The position numbers were made by a program, and so were the translations under genes. DNA of 64,000 nt, from contig OY969585.1 in NCBI GenBank assembly GCA_963701295.1, positions 3,360,001 to 3,424,000 on the forward strand. Reading direction: 5' to 3'. Under the pieces are notes generated by a model, which was not told the origin of the DNA, did not search any database, and saw nothing but the letters and a program-made list of their open reading frames with translations. Below, piece by piece: positions 10,990 through 21,172 of the stretch; position 1 is the stretch's first letter; each line of letters opens with the position of its first letter. This stretch comes from Ignavibacteriota bacterium (GTDB lineage: Bacteria; Bacteroidota; Ignavibacteria; UBA10030).

Positions 10990-11583
10990 ATGATAGAAGA
11001 TCAACCTGTAACCGAAGGTACATTCGTCGTTGTTGACGTTGAGACTACCGGGCTTAGTCCAATGGAAGACCGCATCACAGAAATCGCTATGATGAAGGTG
11101 AAAAACGGCGTTTTGCAGGATGAGTTTTCGACGTTGATCAATCCACTTGTGACCATCCCTGCTTCCATCACAAACCTAACTGGCATTGACAATCTGATGG
11201 TAGTGGATGCACCGACCGCACGGGAGGTGGCGCCAACTATTGCAGACTTTTTGGGAGATGCAGTGTTTGTTGCTCACAATGCACCATTCGATTGGGGATT
11301 TGTCTCTGAGACAGCGATGCGTGAACGAGGTATTGAGCTTTCTAATCGGCAATTATGTACGGTCAAGTTAAGCAGAAGGATTCTGCCACATTTAACAAGT
11401 AAATCGCTTGGTCCGGTCACTTCTGCCTTGAATATCAAAATCCCTGAACGGCACCGCGCATCAGGAGATGCATACGCAACCGCATTAGTACTAGTGAAAT
11501 TTCTTTCTTATCTCCAGCGTAAACATGACATTCATATGATGAGCGAATTGCTTCGTTTTCAGAATGGTTGGTCGCCCCCGTGA
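10990..11583 (+). CDS. DEDDh 3'-5' exonuclease (DnaQ-like)
   Basis: DVETTG, AHNAPFD and HRASGDA Exo I-III motifs. Confidence 0.9.
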   Translation: MIEDQPVTEGTFVVVDVETTGLSPMEDRITEIAMMKVKNGVLQDEFSTLINPLVTIPASITNLTGIDNLMVVDAPTAREVAPTIADFLGDAVFVAHNAPFDWGFVSETAMRERGIELSNRQLCTVKLSRRILPHLTSKSLGPVTSALNIKIPERHRASGDAYATALVLVKFLSYLQRKHDIHMMSELLRFQNGWSPP

Positions 11584-11617
11584 CTATCAAGATAGAACAA
11601 GCTTTTTCTTATTCTTC

Positions 11618-13057
11618 CTACTCCACCTGCTCAACATTAATTGTATCGGTTGTTCCCTTTGCCAGTAACGGCAGGCCGGCAGTGAAGACAACAAAGTCTC
11701 CCTTTTCGACATATCCTTCCAATTTAAGCCGCTCAATAATTTTTTTGAATGCAGTATCTTGATTGTGGATAAACTCATGGCTTTCAATTCCATGCACACC
11801 CCAAACGAGGTTCAGCTGACGAAGAATTCTTTCCTGACCTGTAACAGTGATGATCCTCGCTTCAGGCCGATATTTACTAATCCGTATTGCCGTTGCGCCT
11901 GAATGCGTAATCGGAACAATCGCAGTTGCATGAACCTGCCGAGCCAATACGCATGCTGCCCGTGCCACTGCATCAAAGACATTCTCCTGTATTTCTGCCG
12001 GCACCTGTTTAATTCCGAGGTGATCGTGCTTCCGCATTTCTGAGCGCTTAATGATATTATCCATCGTGTGCACTGTCTCAATCGGATATTTTCCAACAGA
12101 TGTTTCAGCGCTAAGCATGACAGCGTCTGCGCCATCGAGCACTGCATTGGCAACATCACTTGCTTCTGCTCGTGTTGGCCGCGGATTTTCAATCATCGAT
12201 TCGAGCATTTGCGTAGCGATAATGACGGGGACACCAGCTTCATTACATTTCCGCACGATCATTTTTTGAAGAATCGGCACGTCTTCCGGCATCATTTCCA
12301 CACCGAGATCACCGCGAGCAACCATAATAGCATCGCTTTCACCAATAATTGCATCGATGGAATCGATGGCTTCTTTCATTTCGATCTTTGCTATTATTGG
12401 TATCTTCAAACTTGTCTGCTGCTGAATGACAGACCGAAGATGCCGCAGATCATCTGCAGAACGCACAAATGAAAGTGCCACATAATCAATGTCGTGCGTC
12501 AAACCAAACTTCAAATCCTCTATGTCTTTTTCTGTCAACGATGGTGTGCTCAGCTTCACACCGGGAAGGTTCATGCCTTTATTTTCTTTTAGAATACCGC
12601 CTGTGACAACAACACATTCTACATCTGCTGTTGTCTTGGATACTACCCGAACCGCAAGATTACCGTCATCCAATAAAATAACATCGCCTTCCTTGACGTC
12701 CTGTGGCAACTCCCGGTACGTCGTTGATACTCGCTTCTCATTTCCCACAATATCGTCAATCGTGAAGAATATTTTTTCGCCTTCTTTTAATTCAACCTGC
12801 TTATTCTTTAATTTGCCTGTGCGGATCTTCGGACCACAGAGATCCTGTAAAATTGCGACATGCTCGCTGGTTCGCTTGCTTGCTTCCCGTGCATTTCGAA
12901 TCGCTGTCAAATGATCATCGTGCGTTCCATGGGAGAAATTCAATCTCGCAACATCCATTCCGGCATCAATCAATTCCACCATCCGATCAACACTTTGCGA
13001 TACAGGCCCGATCGTGCAAATGATTTTTGTTTTAGCAAATGTCTTTTTATCTCTCAT
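11618..13057 (-). CDS. pyk: Pyruvate kinase
   Basis: TKIICTIGP, RLNFSHG, MVARGDLG and ATQMLESM. Confidence 0.97.
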   Translation of the reverse strand: MRDKKTFAKTKIICTIGPVSQSVDRMVELIDAGMDVARLNFSHGTHDDHLTAIRNAREASKRTSEHVAILQDLCGPKIRTGKLKNKQVELKEGEKIFFTIDDIVGNEKRVSTTYRELPQDVKEGDVILLDDGNLAVRVVSKTTADVECVVVTGGILKENKGMNLPGVKLSTPSLTEKDIEDLKFGLTHDIDYVALSFVRSADDLRHLRSVIQQQTSLKIPIIAKIEMKEAIDSIDAIIGESDAIMVARGDLGVEMMPEDVPILQKMIVRKCNEAGVPVIIATQMLESMIENPRPTRAEASDVANAVLDGADAVMLSAETSVGKYPIETVHTMDNIIKRSEMRKHDHLGIKQVPAEIQENVFDAVARAACVLARQVHATAIVPITHSGATAIRISKYRPEARIITVTGQERILRQLNLVWGVHGIESHEFIHNQDTAFKKIIERLKLEGYVEKGDFVVFTAGLPLLAKGTTDTINVEQVE

Positions 13058-13803
13058 ATATATTTTCTCGTTTCTTCCAATATGGTTATGAGCTGTGGCA
13101 GTACTTCTCCTGCTTTACCTAAAAGAGTTTCATTAACTGTAGGTGATACTTCTGTCGGCTCGGTGTTCACTTCTACAACATAGGCGCCTTGATTCCTTGC
13201 AGTCATCGGAAGACCAGCAGCCGGATATACCACTGCTGACGTACCGATAGTAAGAAATAATTCGCACTGACGTGCTGCCTCTGTTGCCGCTTCAAAAACA
13301 CCTTCCGGCAGCATCTCTCCAAACCACACAACATCAGGGCGAATAAGCCCATTGCAGAACGAACATCTCGGCACTTTCTTCTCCGTTGTGACTTCGACAT
13401 TCTCTACAAATTTTCCGCAGTCAATGCAATAGCTGCGTTCAATATTGCCGTGGAGCTCGAGTACTTTTTTGCTTCCTGCACGAAAATGCAGATTATCAAC
13501 ATTCTGTGTTACGAGCGTGAATACCTTCACAAGTTCTTCTAATCGTACAAGTGCGTAGTGCGCAGGGTTCGGTTTCACATCATGAACAATTTGTCTTCGG
13601 TAGTTATACCATTCCCAAACCAACTCCGGATTGCGCATAAATGCGTCAAAATTGGCAAGTTCTTCTGGCTTCAACTTTGACCACAAACCATCTACTCCGC
13701 GAAATGTCGCTACACCGCTTTCTGCAGAAATCCCAGCGCCGGTTAAGACGCTTATCGACTCTACTCGTTGAAGTAGAGATCGAAGTTTATTGGAAATCGT
13801 CAT
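13054..13803 (-). CDS. cobB: NAD-dependent protein deacylase (sirtuin)
   Basis: GAGISAESG, TQNVDNLH, two CxxC pairs and RPDVVWFGE. Confidence 0.95.
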   Translation of the reverse strand: MTISNKLRSLLQRVESISVLTGAGISAESGVATFRGVDGLWSKLKPEELANFDAFMRNPELVWEWYNYRRQIVHDVKPNPAHYALVRLEELVKVFTLVTQNVDNLHFRAGSKKVLELHGNIERSYCIDCGKFVENVEVTTEKKVPRCSFCNGLIRPDVVWFGEMLPEGVFEAATEAARQCELFLTIGTSAVVYPAAGLPMTARNQGAYVVEVNTEPTEVSPTVNETLLGKAGEVLPQLITILEETRKYI

Positions 13804-16217
13804 GGAATTGGTTTCAGTGTTAAAACATCACGGCAAGTTGATTCTACTACAGACTTTTGCATCGGTCTTGTTTTATAACCACCGTTTAGCCAGAGCATAA
13901 CTTGATTCTTATAATACCTTGTAAAGATTTGACCGGATTGGCCCGGAGGAAGAACCGTGCGCGTGTCATTGATATCGGCTAGATCGAATATTTGCCGCAT
14001 CGACGGTCCTACAGCACTTTCATATGGATGGGCAAGAAAATACTGTCCGACATTGACTGTTGCATGCGATCCCCCGACAGGAAACGGACCGACATTGAAG
14101 AAGCCGGCTAGTAATTTGTTCACACCAAACACATGCCCAAAGGTCACTGTGTGCAGCCTTCCCCACTGCCATTCTTTGAGTTCACCGCCCAGGCGCGTTT
14201 TCAGATCGCTCAATGCATCTGAGACACTTTTCCGTATACAATCATCCCTTGTTTCGCGTTCAGGCGTTTTCCAATCGTCAAACCACTCCGAATTCGGATT
14301 CTTTAACAAATGAGATAACGCTGAGAGCGGTGTGCTTGCAAGTGTATCGTACAAACTGTACAGTCGGTCGCCCATTTTGTTATGAAAAATATTGTAAACT
14401 AATTTGGTTACAGTAGCTTGGAAGAGTGTCGTACTCACATCTTCTTTCCTCATCTCAAAAGTCCAGGTACGAAAATATTCCAGCATTGTTTTCAGATTAG
14501 GATCTGTCACTGCAACACTATCGTACGCATGGAGAATGTACGGCACAAGTTCACGTGCTTGTGTCGACAAAAGATCGAATTGAAGCCGTTGAATATCTTC
14601 CATCGTGAATTTTTCCTGCTCACGAAGCACTTCACTAATACGGATCGACCGCCATGGCGATTCCCAGTGGTTGGAGACATAGTACGGATAGGAATCGTCG
14701 ATAATTTTATTATTCGCTGTAGCGATAAATCCTTCCGGAGGATTGAAAACATGCGGCATCTGAATGAAAGGAACAAATCCTTTCCAGTCATATTCATCAG
14801 TCCATCCGGGGAAAGGCAGTGTTGGCCCTTTCGTTTTTCTAATAGGCAGTCTGCCACCTGTGCGATATCCGATGTTCCCATCGACATCCGCATAAACAAA
14901 ATTCTGTGCAGGCACGGCAAATAATTTCAATGCTTCCTGAAATTCTTGCCAGTTGGATGCTTTGCTCATGCGATAGAAGGCACCCGCCTCATTCGAGATT
15001 TCATACCCTATCCAATGCATGGAAATAAGTGATGTAAGAGATTGTGCCGTTGGTTCCATTTTATTTACAATGGGACCGCGGTGTGTACTATAAATAGAAA
15101 TTACTACCGGCAGCGATCCCTTGACGATAATAGTATCAATCAATTCGAGAATCGGCCGCCATTCATTATTGAATTTGTAGCGCGTGGGATGATTGAGGGA
15201 ATCGACCTCTTCAAAATAATAATCGTTATCATCTACCATCGCGTTTGCGACACCCCACGCTATGTGTTGATTCCTTCCTGCAACAACAAATGGAACACCG
15301 GGAATCGACATTCCAGCGACATCAAATGTTGGTGCTGCAATATGGATTTCATACCATCGTCCCGGCGACATCAGCAAGAGGTGCGGATCGTTCGCAAGAA
15401 TCGGTTTGCCTGTTACAGATTTTTTTTCGGACACGGCCCACGCATTACTTCCGGATTCAAGGGCATGGAAACCCAGAAGCGAACGATATTCCCCTTCTGC
15501 ATCAAACAATGGACGGAGATCATTGGCGATAGATTTCCCTTTTAGCTCTTTGGGGATAATAAAAGGTGCATCTTCCGGCCAATATGGAAATATTTCTTTC
15601 GCCTTTTCTTCTCCAAATCGCTGCACTAGTTCAGCAAGGAGTAAATCCACCCACCGCGAATAGTTGAGTTCCCATGCCATTAACCGGCTGACGAGGAGCG
15701 AATGTTCGACGGTCCATGGCTCCGGTTCGATATTCAACATGTCGAACTCAATCGGGTATTTGCCGGTGTGCGTGGAAACAAATTGATTCACACCATCAGC
15801 ATATGCCTGCAATGCTTTTCGTGTGTCTTCATCAATGAACTGAGAAAGTTTCTGCGCGTGCCTCCAAAGACCAAGTGTCCGAAACATCTTATCTATTTTC
15901 AACGTCGGTTTGCCCAGCACTTCAGATAAACGGCCGGAACCAGTCCTTCGCATCAAATCCATCTGCCATAACCGATCTTGTGCGTGCGTGTACCCAACCG
16001 TAAAGAAAGCATCATACTCTGATTGAGCACTAATATGAGGAACGCCATATTCATCGCGATAAACTTTTACCTCATGCGTAAGTCCTTGTACTCGTATAGT
16101 ACCTGAAATCTTTGGAAATGATCGTGTTACCAGATAATAGCCAATCACTCCCACGGCGAGCATAATAATTATGATCGTTGCAACAGTTCCGATAATTCCT
16201 TTTTGTGTGATTCGCAT
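13800..16217 (-). CDS. Penicillin acylase family Ntn-hydrolase, membrane-anchored
   Basis: RDEYGVPHI, AQDRLWQM, GSNAW nucleophile, ANDPHL and PGQSG. Confidence 0.9.
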   Translation of the reverse strand: MRITQKGIIGTVATIIIIMLAVGVIGYYLVTRSFPKISGTIRVQGLTHEVKVYRDEYGVPHISAQSEYDAFFTVGYTHAQDRLWQMDLMRRTGSGRLSEVLGKPTLKIDKMFRTLGLWRHAQKLSQFIDEDTRKALQAYADGVNQFVSTHTGKYPIEFDMLNIEPEPWTVEHSLLVSRLMAWELNYSRWVDLLLAELVQRFGEEKAKEIFPYWPEDAPFIIPKELKGKSIANDLRPLFDAEGEYRSLLGFHALESGSNAWAVSEKKSVTGKPILANDPHLLLMSPGRWYEIHIAAPTFDVAGMSIPGVPFVVAGRNQHIAWGVANAMVDDNDYYFEEVDSLNHPTRYKFNNEWRPILELIDTIIVKGSLPVVISIYSTHRGPIVNKMEPTAQSLTSLISMHWIGYEISNEAGAFYRMSKASNWQEFQEALKLFAVPAQNFVYADVDGNIGYRTGGRLPIRKTKGPTLPFPGWTDEYDWKGFVPFIQMPHVFNPPEGFIATANNKIIDDSYPYYVSNHWESPWRSIRISEVLREQEKFTMEDIQRLQFDLLSTQARELVPYILHAYDSVAVTDPNLKTMLEYFRTWTFEMRKEDVSTTLFQATVTKLVYNIFHNKMGDRLYSLYDTLASTPLSALSHLLKNPNSEWFDDWKTPERETRDDCIRKSVSDALSDLKTRLGGELKEWQWGRLHTVTFGHVFGVNKLLAGFFNVGPFPVGGSHATVNVGQYFLAHPYESAVGPSMRQIFDLADINDTRTVLPPGQSGQIFTRYYKNQVMLWLNGGYKTRPMQKSVVESTCRDVLTLKPIP

Positions 16218-16239
16218 GAATGATCCCTGCGTATACAAT

Positions 16240-16281
16240 AAAAATTCCGTCCTGATTGATTAAATCAATCATGACGGAATT
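16240..16281 (-). terminator. Intrinsic terminator after the FadL-like gene
   Basis: Long inverted repeat AATTCCGTC-TGATTGAT / ATCAATCA-GACGGAATT with a T tract on the minus strand. Confidence 0.7.
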
Positions 16282-16315
16282 AATGTAAGCAAACTTAAAA
16301 AGCAGTGCAACTCGG

Positions 16316-17749
16316 CTAAAATCGGTAGGACAGTGTCAGATTAAGGTTACTGGTAGTAACCGTTTCATCAGTTCCTGCATCATACGTAATACCAGATACA
16401 GTATATGAATAGTTTGTTCGGAGGGTTTTCCACGTTCCATAAGCATACGCAGCATTAAGAACAGTTCGCTCATCAAGCTGCAGTCCAATGCCTCCGGTAT
16501 AATATAATTGATCTCGACTGCTTGGATCACCTTTCCATGGAGATGGATTGTCAATGATTCCGCCACGGAGCTTCAAGCCTAAGCTAAATAGCGAGACTTC
16601 AATTCCCCCTCGAAGATTGGTTGTGGCTCGCATTTCATTTTTGATCCGAGAATTTTCTTCAATAAGAGCTGCATTGTCCGTATTAAAGTCCATCTGTGTC
16701 CAATCTGTATACTCTACATCCCCTGCTAACAAAAGCCAATCAAGTGGCTGAATTGATATTCCACCACTGAGAACATAAGGTGCAGTAACTTTATAGTGTA
16801 TTGAATTGGCTGTTGAAGGATATTGAAAATAACCAGCACTGTCCGCTTTTAATTGACTCGATAACTGACTTGACGCAGACTCTGTAAACGTTTCAGATAT
16901 ATCATAGACAGTGGCTGTTCGGATAGCAACACCTATCGAATATTTTCCAGGTTTTCTGTACATCAACCCAAAGAGTGCATTGAATCCATTAATATCATCA
17001 TTAATTGTACTCTCATAAGTGAATTGATAAAAATTATTAGGATCGTTTTCGTTTACAGTCTGATCATACGAATATGATCCAGAAGCAAAATTGAGCGAAA
17101 CACCCACAGACAGATTTGGACCAATATCCATTGCGCCACCAAAAGTCCAATGGTTCAATCCGCCTCCTTCCAAAACATTTATAGTTTGTTGTACATTACC
17201 ATTCACAATTGAGACCAACTTTCCACTCATAGTATCGATATTCGCTAAAAATAATTGATAAGGAATATTATTGTCTAAAGGTTGATTGAGTAGACTTGCT
17301 GATTGAGAAAAAGAACTTGAAGGATTAAACGCGTTCATCGAAGCAGTTGTTGTGTAATTTGCTGCTCGGTTAAAACCGAATGCAAATGTCAGGCTCCCCT
17401 GAACCGTTGGAATTGGATAAACTATGCCAAGGTTGTTGAGATTCACCGCGCTATTATCTGAGGACGTTTTCGTTCCGAGATAAGACACATCGTTTGAGTA
17501 ACCAAGTCTTGATAACCCAAAAGAGAATTCATAATCCCGCTCAAGAGCCAGTCCGGCCGGATTCCAGAAGAGTGCAGAATAATCATTCACACCGCCGACA
17601 GTAGCATTACCCATCCCAAGTTCACGGGCTCCGACACCCAATCCAAGCTGCGAATATCGAAGTGCATCTTCTGCAAACTGTGCTTGCGTTATTTGAAGTC
17701 CGATCGTAATGAGGATCGCTAAGCAACATATTTGAGATCTTTTTATCAT
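16316..17749 (-). CDS. OmpP1/FadL-family outer membrane beta-barrel
   Basis: Signal peptide, GARELGMGNA and ALFWNPAGL motifs, C-terminal LSYRF. Confidence 0.8.
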   Translation of the reverse strand: MIKRSQICCLAILITIGLQITQAQFAEDALRYSQLGLGVGARELGMGNATVGGVNDYSALFWNPAGLALERDYEFSFGLSRLGYSNDVSYLGTKTSSDNSAVNLNNLGIVYPIPTVQGSLTFAFGFNRAANYTTTASMNAFNPSSSFSQSASLLNQPLDNNIPYQLFLANIDTMSGKLVSIVNGNVQQTINVLEGGGLNHWTFGGAMDIGPNLSVGVSLNFASGSYSYDQTVNENDPNNFYQFTYESTINDDINGFNALFGLMYRKPGKYSIGVAIRTATVYDISETFTESASSQLSSQLKADSAGYFQYPSTANSIHYKVTAPYVLSGGISIQPLDWLLLAGDVEYTDWTQMDFNTDNAALIEENSRIKNEMRATTNLRGGIEVSLFSLGLKLRGGIIDNPSPWKGDPSSRDQLYYTGGIGLQLDERTVLNAAYAYGTWKTLRTNYSYTVSGITYDAGTDETVTTSNLNLTLSYRF

Positions 17750-17785
17750 ACTACTTTACTCCATTCTTTTCTTTCCATTGTCATT

Positions 17786-18616
17786 TTATCGTTGTGATCT
17801 GCCGGAACCGCTGCTATGCTGTCCGCCACCACTATTTCTTTGTGAAGGTGAGCTTTGTGAGCTCCTTGGCGCTGATGCGCTCGAATGCGATTGTCTTACT
17901 CCTGATTGACTGCGACCTTGAGAATTACCACTCCGATGTAAGGTTGTACTTCGACCTCTCGTAATTCCTTTTGAATTGCCTGAATAAGCGGTGCCTCTAC
18001 GATGTGACTTCAATGTGCCAGTACCGCCTAGTTGTGTCCTCGTGCTTGATGCCCGAGGAAGATTGATGCTTCCACCAGTCGATCCAACTCGGCTATTAAC
18101 TATCGTTCCTGTTCCTGCATTTCCATATGATGAGAATCTCCCATCACCGAAGTTTCGCAGATTATTCCCTCCTCTTTGGTAACCGGAGTTACGTGTCATA
18201 AACGAACGATAATAGTTTGAATGTCCATAGCCATATCTTGGATAAGAATCCCAATAACCCCAAGAATGCGGATAATACGCATAGCCTACATAGAACGCAG
18301 GACCCCACCACAGTGGATCCCAGTATGTCGGATAGACACATCCATAATCCCACGCCCAACAAGAACGCCAACCGGGATAATAGTATGAGAATCCGATATA
18401 ATTATGTGGTTGCCAAGTATCATAATCTTCGTAATTCGTACTATCATAGGCAGTGCTGTCGGATCGAACCGGGTTTTGCCCTTCTTGTTCGTAGGAAGAT
18501 TCGTTTTCCCTTATTGTTGCAAACTGCGTATAGCAACCTTGAAAAAGAACCGCCATTAATCCTAAAAATAGCGGAAGCGTGAATAATAATTTGATTGTTT
18601 TCATAAATGACCTCAT
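17786..18616 (-). CDS. Hypothetical lipoprotein with Tyr/Trp-rich core and Arg/Ser/Gly-rich tail
   Basis: Lipobox FQGC; low-complexity composition. Confidence 0.7.
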   Translation of the reverse strand: MRSFMKTIKLLFTLPLFLGLMAVLFQGCYTQFATIRENESSYEQEGQNPVRSDSTAYDSTNYEDYDTWQPHNYIGFSYYYPGWRSCWAWDYGCVYPTYWDPLWWGPAFYVGYAYYPHSWGYWDSYPRYGYGHSNYYRSFMTRNSGYQRGGNNLRNFGDGRFSSYGNAGTGTIVNSRVGSTGGSINLPRASSTRTQLGGTGTLKSHRRGTAYSGNSKGITRGRSTTLHRSGNSQGRSQSGVRQSHSSASAPRSSQSSPSQRNSGGGQHSSGSGRSQR

Positions 18617-18839
18617 GTATTAGACTCTTATGAATGACTCAAGTTTCTTGCCAGTAATCAAAAAAATTGAGTTACAATATTTGCTTATTTTCGCCACTTT
18701 CAAGGTTTCTAAGTATCACCCAAATCTATATTTGTCTACAGAACTAATCGCCACTGTCCACAGATTTGCACACTTGGATATTCTGAAATATTTACGGATT
18801 TATCTACTGAAAACCTTTATGAAATGAGATAAAGATAGA

Positions 18840-19622
18840 TTAAAATTCACCAATATAATCAATCTGAATCGTCCGGTTTCCAACATTTACATTGTTCTGG
18901 TTTTTACTAATATCTTTAAGATCAAAGCCGACAATAAGTCCTTTTCCCCAAGCCCAACGAAAACCGAAGTTGAGGTAACCATTTCCCTTGCCAAGCGCAT
19001 TCCCATGGTTATCATTCACTCCAAAATCATATTCCAGCATGATTGAGATATCTCTGCTCATTGATTTTTCCACGCCAACGAACATATTGAGATCTCCATC
19101 ACCGTCTCCAGTTTCTAAGGATTTGTTGAATCCGCCATGGATACTGAGATTCCCGAGAATTGCATAATTTTTACTTGCTACGACATACACACCCGGTGAC
19201 TTGATTGTATAACGCTTCAAAGAATCAGCACTAAGGTATGGTTCTTTGCCTTGAGAATCGAATCCGATAGCCAAAGCAGGCATCAAAATGCCTTCGCCCA
19301 CCAGACGCAATTTAGCATTTACTCCAGGCATCGGATTCATATTAATACTGTCTTTCCCTATAATACCTGTGCCGCCATATGATATTCCAAATGTGAATGG
19401 TTCAAAAATACCCACTGTGATACCGAAAAGCATACCGCCTCTCTGAAAGAAATTCGATGAGACGGAGTACGACCCGCGCTTCAACAAACCAGCCGTTGGT
19501 TTATCAACAAGCATTGTCGGTTCAACATCTGCTGCGCTCCCTGCGTAGCTTTGCGCCATCACCAAATTATGAGTTACTGCAATCAATATACTGAGAATGA
19601 GGAAGTTGTTCATTGTTTTCAT
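18840..19622 (-). CDS. Putative outer membrane beta-barrel (YjbH-like)
   Basis: Signal peptide, DKPTAGLL motif, amphipathic strands, terminal Phe. Confidence 0.6.
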   Translation of the reverse strand: MKTMNNFLILSILIAVTHNLVMAQSYAGSAADVEPTMLVDKPTAGLLKRGSYSVSSNFFQRGGMLFGITVGIFEPFTFGISYGGTGIIGKDSINMNPMPGVNAKLRLVGEGILMPALAIGFDSQGKEPYLSADSLKRYTIKSPGVYVVASKNYAILGNLSIHGGFNKSLETGDGDGDLNMFVGVEKSMSRDISIMLEYDFGVNDNHGNALGKGNGYLNFGFRWAWGKGLIVGFDLKDISKNQNNVNVGNRTIQIDYIGEF

Positions 19623-19645
19623 TGATTTTCCGTTTCAAATATTAA

Positions 19646-21172
19646 TCATACTTCATCATCACCAAATATTTTCCGAACATTGTTCGGCAGCTTACTCGTT
19701 ATATTCATCGATGCATCAACTTTTCTTTCGTAATCGGTAGGAGCTGTCTCTTTTCGCACGATTTGAAACCTTTCTTTGTAGGACAACTCGTTTGCCGAAG
19801 TTTCGTTTTCGTCTTTGCGTGGTGTTGAAAGTTGGAGGACGGAAGCTGATGTCGGTACGAATGTTTTTTTTTGCCCGCTGACCTGCAATATTTTCCCTAA
19901 AACCGCTTGACCTTCATGTATCAAATCATCTTCAGAATATGTAAGAAGATGTCCTTCGCGAACATAGAACTCACCGTTAATTATCACTTCACTCACTTGG
20001 TGCGATGTTGCTTCCTGCAACATAACGTCAAGCATCCTTTCAATATTCTCATCGGCAAGGACAGTATTCATACGGAATTCCGATAGATCAAGAAAAACAA
20101 TATCAGCTTTCTTTCCTATCTCAATTGTTCCAATTTCAGTATCCAACCCAAGTGCACGTGCTCCATTTTTTGTATGAAGCGCCAGCAAGTCATATGCCTT
20201 ATCCACCGGTAAACTAAGCATCTTTAGAAGAGAAATATAGGATTGAATATTTTCTAAAGGCTGTGCTGTTCCCCAATCACTGCCAAGCGCCAATGTCACA
20301 TTGTGTCGAAATAATTCTTCAAAAGGAGGTATATCTGTTCCCTTCCGAAGAATCGACAGTGGAGATAGGACTAACGGTGTGCCGGACTTTCCAATAATTT
20401 CTGCGTCGCCATCGTCAAAGCATGCAAGATGTGTCAGATGTACAGGAAAGTCAAATACATGATAATCGGCATATAGTTGCGCTACAGATTTATTGAAGTT
20501 CTTTCTCACCGTATCAAACCCATGCTGAGTTTGTCCTAAATGCAACATAACAGGCCATTGAAGTTCATGAGCAGTTCGGATTGTGGATTGGAAATTGTAT
20601 GTCGTGAGATTTTCTTCATCGGTGATAGCACATGCAAATCGAGATGAGGTCTCACGGAGCATTCGAGCAGCATCAATCTGATCGCCGTTATGCAAACCAA
20701 TGACACCTCTCACGTTCGCTTGTCGTATTGCTTCAAGTGCTGCTGAAAAGGAATGTTCTGGAGTATCGAAGCCATATTCTGCTATTGTGGTTACACCGGA
20801 TTTAAGAGCTGCACAGTATGACAACCTGTATAGATCCAAAAATTCTTCGTACGTGGCTTCCTTCCGTAAATAATCGATAGCAAGGCTGACAGCCGAATTC
20901 TTATTCCACAGCGACATCGGTTGTCCAGAGGTAATATATCGCAAAATAAACGACTCGCCGGTATGATGTGCATCCACAAATCCCGGAAGAAGAACTTTGC
21001 CCTCTGCATTAATGATTTCTGCTGAAGGATGCAATGATTTCAGGATCTGTACAGGTTTTCCAATATCGACGATTCGTCCTTTCTGGATGAGTAAAGTCAA
21101 TCTTCCCGCATGATGTTGTCTATCACCGGTGAAGACAAACCCGTTTTCAATTATTTTCGTTGATTCATTCAT
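19646..21172 (-). CDS. Amidohydrolase family protein (degenerate metal site)
   Basis: PGFVDAH, ALGSD, GARALG and GTIEIGKKADIV motifs. Confidence 0.8.
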   Translation of the reverse strand: MNESTKIIENGFVFTGDRQHHAGRLTLLIQKGRIVDIGKPVQILKSLHPSAEIINAEGKVLLPGFVDAHHTGESFILRYITSGQPMSLWNKNSAVSLAIDYLRKEATYEEFLDLYRLSYCAALKSGVTTIAEYGFDTPEHSFSAALEAIRQANVRGVIGLHNGDQIDAARMLRETSSRFACAITDEENLTTYNFQSTIRTAHELQWPVMLHLGQTQHGFDTVRKNFNKSVAQLYADYHVFDFPVHLTHLACFDDGDAEIIGKSGTPLVLSPLSILRKGTDIPPFEELFRHNVTLALGSDWGTAQPLENIQSYISLLKMLSLPVDKAYDLLALHTKNGARALGLDTEIGTIEIGKKADIVFLDLSEFRMNTVLADENIERMLDVMLQEATSHQVSEVIINGEFYVREGHLLTYSEDDLIHEGQAVLGKILQVSGQKKTFVPTSASVLQLSTPRKDENETSANELSYKERFQIVRKETAPTDYERKVDASMNITSKLPNNVRKIFGDDEV

